Shown in pieces: positions 9,615 to 18,665 of a DNA stretch of 64,000 bases. Numbering within the stretch: the stretch's first letter is position 1; the number at the start of each line of letters is the position of its first letter. The notes under the pieces are model-generated. The model saw nothing but the letters and a program-made list of their open reading frames with translations, was not told where the DNA came from and ran no database searches. This DNA comes from a virus: positions 1-64,000 of the IMG/VR virus record IMGVR_UViG_3300017613_002557; one strand, 5' to 3'. The position numbers and the translations under genes are program-made.

Positions 9615-10613
9615 TTATGATGGCACTGTCACTGTTGCTGTAGCGATTGGGCTGTATCTTACCCGTTCTCCGGAATCAGTCATTGTTCGTGCCACGACAA
9701 CAATATAGAAAACACCATTGTCAATTGTCGTCAGCGCATTCGTGCTTTGGTCAAAATAGTCTGTTTCGTTTGAAACAGTATGTTTTGAACTTGCCGGAAC
9801 CGGATAGGTATTCTCAAGACTTGGGATAAAGTGTGGTTTTATGCCAGTTGGCGGACCACTCACACAAACACCCTGACCGTGTTTGAAAATATACACGTCA
9901 AAGCCACCAACCACATAGCCAGCACTTCGCAATTCTGTGTGCTGAGTCCATTCTATCGTATCGACTTGAGCAGTCGTGGCTGTCGTGGCGGTTAATCCGC
10001 TGACTGCAAGAGGCCGTTCATACGACGGCAATACACCAACACCGCCGTTATTTCCCAATGAAGATGGGAATGCTCTTATTGGCTGAACGAATGCACCTAG
10101 AGCAAGCGCTTTTCCAATTGCGCCAGCCGTTCCAAACCCAATAATCGGCACTGCTGTTTTTGGGGTTGTTCCATACACGTAGGCTGCACCAATTTCTACA
10201 CAGTCTACTATAACCTCGTCCTGATGGTGTTTGTAAATTGTCTCCGGAAGAGCCGAGACGATTAAAACCATCATACCAGCTTCAAACAGGGCATTTCCGT
10301 ATTCATCCGTATCTTCATCAACATTGATTGTTGTCGATGTATCAGCCACGGTCGCCGCAGCTAATTTGGTTTGCGCCCCCTCCAAGGCACCATGCGCCAC
10401 GTCCTTGTCGCCAAAAATACCGTTGTAATACAGGCCCATGTCATCCTGAACATGTTCAGCACTGGACTTGCCTTTTACAACAACAATGGCGGGAGCCTGT
10501 CTTTTCATGTGTTGATCAAGCCCAACGATTCCGGGGCTTGGCGCAACATAAGACGGAGTTGGCGTAGATGCCAACCTTTTGACTGTAGCTGTTTCCGCTT
10601 CTGTATATAACAT
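9615..10613 (-). CDS. putative virion protein with C-terminal FN3/Ig-like region
   Basis: AAGGAG RBS before ATG 10613; AVSGLTAT...IEW...YIVVVAR...YS pattern. Confidence 0.5.
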   Translation of the reverse strand: MLYTEAETATVKRLASTPTPSYVAPSPGIVGLDQHMKRQAPAIVVVKGKSSAEHVQDDMGLYYNGIFGDKDVAHGALEGAQTKLAAATVADTSTTINVDEDTDEYGNALFEAGMMVLIVSALPETIYKHHQDEVIVDCVEIGAAYVYGTTPKTAVPIIGFGTAGAIGKALALGAFVQPIRAFPSSLGNNGGVGVLPSYERPLAVSGLTATTATTAQVDTIEWTQHTELRSAGYVVGGFDVYIFKHGQGVCVSGPPTGIKPHFIPSLENTYPVPASSKHTVSNETDYFDQSTNALTTIDNGVFYIVVVARTMTDSGERVRYSPIATATVTVPS

Positions 10614-10690
10614 GTCTTTTTCTCCTTTATGTAAGTGTACCTGTAACCATGATTCGTTTGTGGCTACTATACACAGGACAAGGAAAAAAG

Positions 10691-11065
10691 TCAAATGTTA
10701 ATGCTGTGCTGGACAAACTGTTCAGCCGTTTCAAGATCGACCACATGATTTTCAGCAATTGGCTTTACCATTTTGCGGCTTTTTGAAAACAGTCCTGCCG
10801 ATGCCTTGTTTAAAAGATACCCTGCAAGCAGTAACTCTTCTGCCCCTTCAGAAACTCTCTTCGAGCCTTCTTTGATAATTCCGATGGCTGATTTTGCCGT
10901 CTCCATGGCTTCTTGAAACGCTTCTGGGTTTTCTTTTAACCGATTAATGGCCGTCATGACGGCCGATATGATCGGAGAGATAGATCCTACCATCTCCTTG
11001 ATACCGCGTGACTGCATAACGTTACTCCTTTGTTGTAGTTCGACAATACGTTCTTGAAGGCACAT
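10691..11065 (-). CDS. hypothetical helical protein (start may be ATG ~11017)
   Basis: Open frame downstream of HU; AAGGAG precedes the internal MQSRG start. Confidence 0.55.
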   Translation of the reverse strand: MCLQERIVELQQRSNVMQSRGIKEMVGSISPIISAVMTAINRLKENPEAFQEAMETAKSAIGIIKEGSKRVSEGAEELLLAGYLLNKASAGLFSKSRKMVKPIAENHVVDLETAEQFVQHSINI

Positions 11066-11279
11066 ATGCTATTCTTGATATTGTGCCTGTTTCACGTGTT
11101 GACGTTTTTTTTACAAACCTTCCAAACCTTCTTAGCCTTAGCACTTTTCCTTTCTTCAATACAGTATCTCGTATAAACGCAAAGATGTCAACAACCATGT
11201 CATCAATAAGTGTTTTTGTTAGACGTTGGTCATGTTTCTGATATAAATAATCGACAAGATCATGTCGTGTGAGTGACAT
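11022..11279 (-). CDS. HU/IHF-family DNA-binding protein
   Basis: MSLTRHDLVDYLY...LTKTLIDDMVVDIFAFIRDTV..GKVLRLRRFGRF; AGGAGG RBS. Confidence 0.8.
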   Translation of the reverse strand: MSLTRHDLVDYLYQKHDQRLTKTLIDDMVVDIFAFIRDTVLKKGKVLRLRRFGRFVKKTSTRETGTISRIAYVPSRTYCRTTTKE

Positions 11280-11290
11280 AGTGTAGCCTC

Positions 11291-12805
11291 CTAAAACATA
11301 GATTTTTGTGAATATTCCCAATGGTCATCATCTTTTGGCATTTCAGCAGGATGAGGCGGAGCATCACCATTGCCAACATGTGCGCGAGCAAAGTATTCTT
11401 CATCTGCCTGCATTGCAGGTGATGGCGGTATGTCCTTGTGTAAATTTCTGAATAACGTGTAGTCTTCAATAAATTCTGCCCAGCAACTTCCGACTGCTCC
11501 GTTTCTGGACTTACATGTGATAATTTCAGCCTGCCCTTTTCGAGATTCCAACAACCCATACCTCTCTGGTCTGTAGATCAAGTGGATAACATCTGCTGCA
11601 TCATCCAACGCGCCGCTTTCACGGAGGTGCTGCATTTCCGGTCTGCGTGATTTTGTTTGTTCGACAGCCCTTGACAATTGTGATAATCCGACTACGGTTA
11701 TATCGAGTTCTTTTGCCAATGCCTTGAGTCCGTACCCGATCTCAGTAAGTTTTGTTCGTTCTTTTTCGTCAGCACTTGTTCCTGTTTTCATGAGTTGCAT
11801 GTAATCAAAAAACGCAACCTTTATGCCATATTGAGAGACAAGAGCGATTGTTTTTGCTCTGGCTTGGTGTAAAAGCAAACCAGGGGTATCATCAATATAC
11901 AGAGGTAGTGTTCTGAGCATACGGTTTGCCTGTTCTTTGAGAGGTTCTGGATTGATTATGCCCCTTCTAACATCGAGCGCGTTAATTCTATTCTCCATAC
12001 ATATCATACGTATGGAGAGTTGTGTTTTTGACATCTCAGGCGTAAAGTAAGCCGCAGGAAATCCAGACTTAGTCTGTGACAATAACATGAGTAGTCCAAG
12101 CGCCGTTTTCCCCATTGACGGACGTGCGCCAACGATGACAAAGTCAGATGGTTGATACCCCCACACGAGTTCATCGACTTCACGAAGGCCAGCTGGTAGT
12201 CCTGTAATTTTCCCTTTTGACTCATAAAACTCATCAAGCGCCGCTTCTCCCAAATCAACAATTTCATTCGCATTAGAAACGACTGATGACTGCGTCCGGA
12301 ATTGGATCGTAATGAGCTTTTGTTGGAGTGCCGACATAACCGATTCCGGATCGCCATGAGACTCATCATAACACGCAAGCGCGGCTTCTGTTGACACATG
12401 CAGCACCTCACGCGATACCCATTTTTTCTTAACCAGCTTTATGTGGGATGTAATGTTTGCTGAGCTTGGAACGGCATCAATAAGTGTGCTCAGGTAAGCA
12501 GGACCGCCTATTTCATCGAGTTCTTTTGTGGCCTTTAGTCTGTCACCTACAGTGATAAGATCAGCAACATCTCCATTCTCGATAACATGCCGAATTGCGT
12601 TAAAAATCGTGGAGTGTTGTTTCATATAAAACATGTCGGCAACTTTTTCTTTAAGCACCTCATGCATTGCCCCATTATCTATGATGATCGCGCCAAGAAC
12701 ACACTGCTCCGCTTCAAACGAATGCGGATCGGTCTGCTCTAAACTTTTTTTGACTAGGTCTTTAGCGCCCTGTGGTTTTGGTGATTTTTGCTTTCTTGAC
12801 GGCAT
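11291..12805 (-). CDS. dnaB: replicative DNA helicase DnaB
   Basis: PHSFEAEQCVLGAII N-domain, GARPSMGKT Walker A, DYMQL, LSQLSR, LRESGAL, KSRNG. Confidence 0.97.
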   Translation of the reverse strand: MPSRKQKSPKPQGAKDLVKKSLEQTDPHSFEAEQCVLGAIIIDNGAMHEVLKEKVADMFYMKQHSTIFNAIRHVIENGDVADLITVGDRLKATKELDEIGGPAYLSTLIDAVPSSANITSHIKLVKKKWVSREVLHVSTEAALACYDESHGDPESVMSALQQKLITIQFRTQSSVVSNANEIVDLGEAALDEFYESKGKITGLPAGLREVDELVWGYQPSDFVIVGARPSMGKTALGLLMLLSQTKSGFPAAYFTPEMSKTQLSIRMICMENRINALDVRRGIINPEPLKEQANRMLRTLPLYIDDTPGLLLHQARAKTIALVSQYGIKVAFFDYMQLMKTGTSADEKERTKLTEIGYGLKALAKELDITVVGLSQLSRAVEQTKSRRPEMQHLRESGALDDAADVIHLIYRPERYGLLESRKGQAEIITCKSRNGAVGSCWAEFIEDYTLFRNLHKDIPPSPAMQADEEYFARAHVGNGDAPPHPAEMPKDDDHWEYSQKSMF

Positions 12806-13553
12806 GATCCCAGATCCCTTTCAAATTGAATAAATATTTAGTGTGATGTACCAGACTGTCAGAAAATTTATGTTCACGTTCAACAACGGCTTTATCGTCA
12901 TCAGAAATCGTCAGAAACCACTTAACAAGCTTAAAATCGTCAGGGTACTGACCTTGTGTGAACGTTCCGGTATCGTCAAATACAGACGATTTCTCGAACC
13001 ACTGTATAGGGTGCCGTATTCCATTCATTTTGCCGTGAAACACAGCAAAAAATAACTGTTTATGGGTCGTGTTGTATTTTTTAAGACAGTCCGTAAGCTG
13101 TGCCGATGAAACCCCAGAAAGGTCTGCACATATAGAAAGAATTCCGTCGTGTCCGTTTGTGTTGTTGGTACGCACGAATGCATCAAATGTAATGTCGGGT
13201 GAATGTGTAAGAACCTCTCCAGGAATGATCATGAGAATAACAGCGGTATACATTATTTCGATATAGCGTTCTTTTTTGCGCCCCCTATACTCAACGCGGA
13301 TAAGATGATTTTCTGAGAGGAGTTTTATGGCAGTTCTCTGCCGGTGTGGATTAAGAAATGTGTGTTTTTCTAGCAGCCACACAGGACATGTGATCATATC
13401 ATCAGCCCCGTTTTTACGGCTACATTCAATCAGAAACATTAAAACATTTCCGGCATCGTAGCCCACGTGTTTTATAAGGGTGGTGTGGACGGATCCACTC
13501 CATAAGTCTCTTGACAGAAATGTATGGCACAGCGTTTTAGTTTTAGGTGACAT
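12762..13553 (-). CDS. replication-initiator-like winged-helix protein
   Basis: LEKHTFLNPHRQRTAIKLLSENHLIRVEYRG wHTH pattern; directly upstream of dnaB as in initiator-helicase modules. Confidence 0.55.
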   Translation of the reverse strand: MSPKTKTLCHTFLSRDLWSGSVHTTLIKHVGYDAGNVLMFLIECSRKNGADDMITCPVWLLEKHTFLNPHRQRTAIKLLSENHLIRVEYRGRKKERYIEIMYTAVILMIIPGEVLTHSPDITFDAFVRTNNTNGHDGILSICADLSGVSSAQLTDCLKKYNTTHKQLFFAVFHGKMNGIRHPIQWFEKSSVFDDTGTFTQGQYPDDFKLVKWFLTISDDDKAVVEREHKFSDSLVHHTKYLFNLKGIWDHAVKKAKITKTTGR

Positions 13554-13566
13554 GGATATGCAGAAA

Positions 13567-13599
13567 TACCGCCGTATAGTCCGGACCATACGGCGGTAT
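13567..13599 (-). terminator. GC-rich hairpin between genes
   Basis: TACCGCCGTAT-AGTCCGGACC-ATACGGCGGTA inverted repeat. Confidence 0.5.
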
Positions 13600-13618
13600 C
13601 CACAGGAACTTGACGACT

Positions 13619-15274
13619 CTATGCCGAACTTTTGTCTATGAGTGTGTTTACTGCGAGTTCACGTTTATCCCGGAACGTTGCTCCAAACCACCCCAGAGAT
13701 TTAAACTCTTCGACCCCTGTAATATCAGCCGCAGTTTCGAGTGTTCCTCCGTTTTCTATAAACGTGGCAAGCATGTCCATCTCATCTGAAAAGTTTGCAT
13801 GGTGATCTTCTGGCAATTTAGAGGGCTTTGCATAGTCCTTGTCCAATAGAAGAATGTCTTTTATTGCTGTGCTTTTTGGCGGCAATAGCATAGATTTTTC
13901 ATTGATCTTCCAGAGGCTATCAAACAGCTTGTCAGCATCAGTGTCTCTCGTTTCAGCCTTATCGCCTGCCGGTTGTTTCCCCTTCCCATCTTCTTCTACA
14001 GGAGTCGCCGTCGTTTCAATGACATCCGTTTCTCCAATAACAAGCTTGTTCCATAATGCGCGTAATGCAGGTTGATCTTTCTTTGATGCCGCCGCAACAA
14101 ATGCGTCAAGTTCACCGGCATCCTTTGCAGCCTTTTTCAGCTTCACAAGATCCCCACCCTTGATCTCATCACCATTGCCTGTACTTTGTCTGCTGGCTGG
14201 CGGTTGCTCCGGTGGATGCAGTGTATATTCTTTTTCGGGGGCAGGGGTTACGATATTGTTTTGATGTCCTTCAGGCATTGAATATTCCCCTGCCTGTATT
14301 TGTCGCGGACCTTCAGAAGCGACAAATCGGCCCGCAGCAAGCTGAAGAATTGACTCGCCTGTGCCGAGTGCTTTTTGTCGAATCTCGGAAAAGGTCTTGT
14401 CGTATCTCAGAAACAAGACTGGTTGAGGTTTCTTGTCGCCATTGGGATCTGTAACGAGTGACCTTTTTACGTACAGTTCCATTCCAATAAAAGGCAACGT
14501 GAGTCCTATTTTACCCCATAACCATTGTGCTTTGTTCAGAAAATCAGACAGATTTCTAATTGAATCCCACCCATGCGGCCATAACTGAAGGTGCCCATCT
14601 GCCAATGGATACCAGTGTTCGATTGTGACATGGAGAATCCCGGTCATATTGCAGGAATAGTCATACGTGGGACTGCCATCTTTCCAGGTGTTTTGTTTGC
14701 CTGTCTTTTTGTTTACTGACAACTCACGTCCAAACGGACAGTCATGTGGATCTTCCGGACATGGCACAACAAACCGTTCACGTCCGATAGTTCTGTGTGC
14801 AACATGTCCGTGATGCCATTCTTTCGGCATTCCCGGACGTGTAATGATCGGAACGGTCGGTGTTTTTGTTTCTTGAATTAATCCAACATCGATCAATCGC
14901 GGATCATCTTCGTCGCCGCAGTCAACCGGGTTGTTATGAACACAATTGAACTTTTTAAATCCGCATGAACTCATCTTTTTGACCTGAAATGTCTGTTCCG
15001 GAGTGTTGTATAACATTCGGACAGGAATCATCTTTAGTTCTTCTGGATTTCCTCCGGCAAATTTCTCAATCGCCACTTTGGACACCCCTTCGTGTATCGG
15101 GGGCGATTGTCCGAACCGGAGGTCAGGAACGTACTGTTTGATGACAAAACGCGGGTTTTTCCGAAATGACTTATCTTGCACAAGTTTTCCCTGTTCGTTT
15201 TCTATTCTATCGCCCATGTGAACAATACACATAGGACTTGGTGCTTGTCCTAATCGCCCCATTAGTTTAATCAT
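13619..15274 (-). CDS. Gp3-like (recombination-directionality-factor-like) phage recombination protein
   Basis: VHMGDRIEN..K..K...FVI, FAGGNPEEL, Cys cluster CP..CP..C, GILHV, LQL..HGWDSIRNL recalled as typical of this family; AAGGAG RBS at ATG 15274. Confidence 0.55.
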   Translation of the reverse strand: MIKLMGRLGQAPSPMCIVHMGDRIENEQGKLVQDKSFRKNPRFVIKQYVPDLRFGQSPPIHEGVSKVAIEKFAGGNPEELKMIPVRMLYNTPEQTFQVKKMSSCGFKKFNCVHNNPVDCGDEDDPRLIDVGLIQETKTPTVPIITRPGMPKEWHHGHVAHRTIGRERFVVPCPEDPHDCPFGRELSVNKKTGKQNTWKDGSPTYDYSCNMTGILHVTIEHWYPLADGHLQLWPHGWDSIRNLSDFLNKAQWLWGKIGLTLPFIGMELYVKRSLVTDPNGDKKPQPVLFLRYDKTFSEIRQKALGTGESILQLAAGRFVASEGPRQIQAGEYSMPEGHQNNIVTPAPEKEYTLHPPEQPPASRQSTGNGDEIKGGDLVKLKKAAKDAGELDAFVAAASKKDQPALRALWNKLVIGETDVIETTATPVEEDGKGKQPAGDKAETRDTDADKLFDSLWKINEKSMLLPPKSTAIKDILLLDKDYAKPSKLPEDHHANFSDEMDMLATFIENGGTLETAADITGVEEFKSLGWFGATFRDKRELAVNTLIDKSSA

Positions 15275-15590
15275 AGTTCTCCTTATCCAATTCTGGTGTA
15301 ATGAATTTGATGGACTTACCGCCAGAAAAATGTACGATAAACTCATCATATGGAAAAATAGGTAATGATCCAACAGTAGATGTTCTGGTGCTGACCAGTT
15401 CTTCAGTTGTGTGCCCTTCTTCTGGACGTACAACTTCTGAATATGGTCGCGTCTGCTCACCTCTCTTCCAAAAGGTTATTGTCTCTGGCTTAAGATTATT
15501 CAACTTAGCCATACACATAACCGCATGGTGTATCTCAGCATGTGTTGACGTGTTCCATGCTAAGACAAATTTCGGTGTTGTTGAAGGCAT
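15267..15590 (-). CDS. hypothetical protein
   Basis: AGGAG RBS; fits between the recombinase-domain gene and the Gp3-like gene. Confidence 0.6.
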   Translation of the reverse strand: MPSTTPKFVLAWNTSTHAEIHHAVMCMAKLNNLKPETITFWKRGEQTRPYSEVVRPEEGHTTEELVSTRTSTVGSLPIFPYDEFIVHFSGGKSIKFITPELDKENYD

Positions 15591-16297
15591 TGCAGCTTTC
15601 TCCTGGTTAACTTCTCGGCAGAAAATGTGTATAATGTGCTTGCCAATTCATGTAGATCAAACCCCAAAGCGGACATATAGCTCACTTCTTGGTTTTCTGT
15701 TGTCCGCCAGATATTCAAAGCGACACCGGCATTTCTCAGGAAACTTACGTACTGTTCGTACACAAAGTCATTTTTAGCGCGTCTGAATGTTGGGTTTCTC
15801 TGTATGGGTTTTTGTTTGATTCTGAATGTTTCATGGCACAATTCAAACAACACGGTTGGCATAATTGACGGGCAGGTTCCTCTGAGTTTTTTCCTGTAGT
15901 GAATCTCTCCAATATATGTTCTTCGGTTTATAACAGCCCGAACATAGGCGGGGTCATGTTTTCTATTCGTCTCTCCAATGCTTCGCAGGTATGCCTTGTG
16001 AACGTCCTGGAGCGAGACCTTTCCGTATGTTTCATGTGGTCGGAGTCTGCTCTCAGCAAGGATAGCGAACATGGCAATTACAAATGGTGCCGTCGTGTCA
16101 TCTATCTTAATGGTGCCGTCTGATTTTTTTTCAAACCCAATAGGGATACGCATTGCATATACGCCATCCTGGACTCTTTTTAACCGGTTTGTGTCTCTGA
16201 GTTTATGCAAAGTTTGTCGATCTTGACCAAACTCTAACGCATCTCTTACTTGATCTTCGGTAACTTCCGCAGGGACGAGCACTGTAAATTTTTTCAT
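15560..16297 (-). CDS. stand-alone 'Recombinase' DNA-binding domain of large serine recombinases, lacking the catalytic domain
   Basis: G.YAMRIPIGF...IKIDDTTAPFVIAMF...VRAVINRRTYIG.I.Y....GTCPSIMPTVLFE; no YxRxS motif; AAGGAG RBS. Confidence 0.7.
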   Translation of the reverse strand: MKKFTVLVPAEVTEDQVRDALEFGQDRQTLHKLRDTNRLKRVQDGVYAMRIPIGFEKKSDGTIKIDDTTAPFVIAMFAILAESRLRPHETYGKVSLQDVHKAYLRSIGETNRKHDPAYVRAVINRRTYIGEIHYRKKLRGTCPSIMPTVLFELCHETFRIKQKPIQRNPTFRRAKNDFVYEQYVSFLRNAGVALNIWRTTENQEVSYMSALGFDLHELASTLYTFSAEKLTRRKLQCLQQHRNLS

Positions 16298-16324
16298 AAA
16301 GTAATATCTCCTTTCTAAATAGGG

Positions 16325-16476
16325 ATATTACCAGAGCGTGGAAAGTTTGTCAAGAAAAAAGTTTCCTAAAAATATTTTTTCCTTTTCCCCTTACATTATT
16401 ATATATATGCGTTTTTAAAAAAAACTTGAAAAAGAGGTACTTTTTTCTTGACAAACTTTTTTAGATATGCAATACT
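16325..16476. promoter_or_regulatory. Divergent promoter pair
   Basis: Minus strand TTGACA-N17-TAATAT (16353-16325); plus strand TTGACA-N17-AATACT (16448-16476); AT-rich spacer. Confidence 0.75.
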
Positions 16477-16531
16477 CCAAATCATCAGCAAAAACAAACA
16501 CTTTTATTAATTAAACAATGAGGTTGCACGA

Positions 16532-17404
16532 ATGATACAAGGTCGGTTAGTTAAAAAGAATGCACCAAAAAAACCAACACTGAAAAAATTGGTTGCTGGG
16601 CTCTGTGACGCAAGCACATTTGAAGCAGCAAAAACCAGCATCGTGAAATATCTGGATGCAGCCGGGGAACGTGTCATTCCTGAGTTTATCAAAGTCATCA
16701 CAGATGAACTTGCACAGAAAGAGCACGTTGCGGATGAAAAGAAAGAGCTTAACGCGTCAGCAAAACTTCACGATCAGACCGTGAAGGTCTTAAAAGATGA
16801 AATCCTGCTCAACTATGTACTCACTCATGGCGAAGCCGGAGCAGGAACGTCCAGGTTTTTGCGTTGCGGTGAAGCGCTCGTTATGGTGAGTGCAAGAGCA
16901 GGCACAAAAGACGGCAAGCTTGAGATATTCAACCAAAAGCCACAGGATTATGAGATGGATGGAATCCGTGTAACAAACCTCAAGCCGCAGACCCCGGATC
17001 TGTACAAACGGGTGGTCGCGCAGGTGACATTTCCTGCTGTTCAGATCGATGAAGAGGTTAAACACTTCATCGAATACGCAAAAAAACGGCAAAGCGCAAC
17101 TGTCGGGTTTCGGGTGGAAGGAATCGAGATCAACACTACAAAGGATTCCGAATCTGCCGCATTACGAAGCTTACTTGACGGAAAAACAACCTATGGGTAT
17201 ATTGAGATCACAGAGGATCTTGCTACCAATGACATGACTATTCCAGCAGGCGGCATTTATAAAATTGTCGGTAGCTCAAATGGGAATACTGGAATACGAA
17301 TCAATGACATGTTGATAACTGTTCCGGCAGCATCATGCACACCCGTTGAGTGGTGCAGGCTTACGTATCCGAAACAGATCAGTTTCAAAGAAAACAAAGA
17401 GTAA
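16532..17404 (+). CDS. hypothetical protein; coiled-coil N-half reminiscent of Gp157/Gam-like proteins
   Basis: GAGGT RBS; helical segment ELAQKEHVADEKKELNASAKLHDQTVKVLKDEIL; family call weak. Confidence 0.55.
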   Translation: MIQGRLVKKNAPKKPTLKKLVAGLCDASTFEAAKTSIVKYLDAAGERVIPEFIKVITDELAQKEHVADEKKELNASAKLHDQTVKVLKDEILLNYVLTHGEAGAGTSRFLRCGEALVMVSARAGTKDGKLEIFNQKPQDYEMDGIRVTNLKPQTPDLYKRVVAQVTFPAVQIDEEVKHFIEYAKKRQSATVGFRVEGIEINTTKDSESAALRSLLDGKTTYGYIEITEDLATNDMTIPAGGIYKIVGSSNGNTGIRINDMLITVPAASCTPVEWCRLTYPKQISFKENKE

Positions 17405-17428
17405 TTTCGTCAACCCTCATAGGAATAC

Positions 17429-17731
17429 ATGTTTACCACACTGGAAGAAATTTATGAAATTTGTGAGCGCCGCTTGCAAATAGACAGGGACCGTATACGG
17501 TTCCTGCGAATAGGAAAGTGGGTCCACGTATCAATTGATAACGGACCTCCTGTTTGTGGCAACAAAGTGAAAGAAGGGGCATGTAAATTTTCTGTGATCA
17601 GTCAAATCCGCACTGCATGTTTATGTCGGCACTGCATGGAAATGTGTGGTGCTATTTTACAAAACATGAACATGCAAGACGATATTAGACAAGTCACAAT
17701 CTATGACATGCTAAATCAACACCATGAATGA
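17429..17731 (+). CDS. Cys-rich hypothetical protein
   Basis: AGGA RBS; CLCRHC. Confidence 0.55.
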   Translation: MFTTLEEIYEICERRLQIDRDRIRFLRIGKWVHVSIDNGPPVCGNKVKEGACKFSVISQIRTACLCRHCMEMCGAILQNMNMQDDIRQVTIYDMLNQHHE

Positions 17732-18011
17732 AGAAAATGCATCTGGCAGTGTCGTATCCGTAACGGGCAATGAAAAAGGTGATGTGGATAAGGTTTTGGA
17801 GATGGTTATTGCTCAGGCTGAAGAGCTTGTCCCGAAAATCATTGAGAACATTGCGCGTACCATGAACAAATCATCTTTTGGAATCCGGGTGGAGGCTGGG
17901 TATAACAAAGAGGATGAACTGGTTGTGAAGGTGTCCGGGGCCGCGAACCTCCCAACAGAAAGCACTGAGATGGCGGGCGAGATCCTGGAAGGGAGATTGC
18001 GTTTGTGGTGA
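17724..18011 (+). CDS. hypothetical acidic protein
   Basis: Overlaps the upstream stop. Confidence 0.6.
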   Translation: MNEENASGSVVSVTGNEKGDVDKVLEMVIAQAEELVPKIIENIARTMNKSSFGIRVEAGYNKEDELVVKVSGAANLPTESTEMAGEILEGRLRLW

Positions 18012-18154
18012 GATAGTATCGTCACGAACATAACACGAATTAAGAGGACGCGAACATGAAAACACGAATTGTACGAGCCATGTTTTGGATCGCATCTGTC
18101 ATCACATTAATTGTAATAATGACAGGCTGCACACTGTATTATTAATGACTGTCT

Positions 18155-18189
18155 GCCGGTGGTGGGAGGCATACCCCACCACCGGCAGT
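18155..18189 (+). terminator. Strong hairpin (14-bp stem)
   Basis: CTGCCGGTGGTGGG-AGGCATAC-CCCACCACCGGCAG. Confidence 0.55.
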
Positions 18190-18200
18190 ATACCGGCATT

Positions 18201-18665
18201 ATGAAACATTTTATTACATACCCAGGCAAGGTACTTTACGAAAGAAACCAAATAGAACCGGGAATGCTTGTGTACGGACTGGTCAAGAAAGACTGGTTTA
18301 AAATGAAGGTTTTACGCATAAGCACCAACACGGCGCTTTGTAGAGATGTCTGTACAGGACAAGGCAGACGCCCAAACTTAAACTGTCATACTCGCGTTGT
18401 ACGTCGTGATCTTGTGGACACTGACAACGTTAAACTGCTTTGGGTTCTCTGGATGCGGTATGGTAATAATAGCCCAAAACGTAATGACAACGCCCACCAT
18501 TTAATCCAGCATATCCTCGAACAAAAAGAAACTGACTTGCAGCAGGAATACAGAACTTATGCCAAGCAGATGGCAGAAGAAAGCCTTAACCGTCTTGGCG
18601 AGGTGTTAAATGTCGTCTGGATTAGGGGCGTGTTGTTACAATCAACAGATGAGGTATCCATATGA
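18201..18665 (+). CDS. hypothetical protein
   Basis: ATG after the hairpin; ATGA overlap with next gene. Confidence 0.6.
   Translation: MKHFITYPGKVLYERNQIEPGMLVYGLVKKDWFKMKVLRISTNTALCRDVCTGQGRRPNLNCHTRVVRRDLVDTDNVKLLWVLWMRYGNNSPKRNDNAHHLIQHILEQKETDLQQEYRTYAKQMAEESLNRLGEVLNVVWIRGVLLQSTDEVSI

Noticed and set aside
15560-16297. Functional phage integrase or the recombinase for the attC sites
   Set aside because: No catalytic serine domain, and attC sites are processed by tyrosine recombinases
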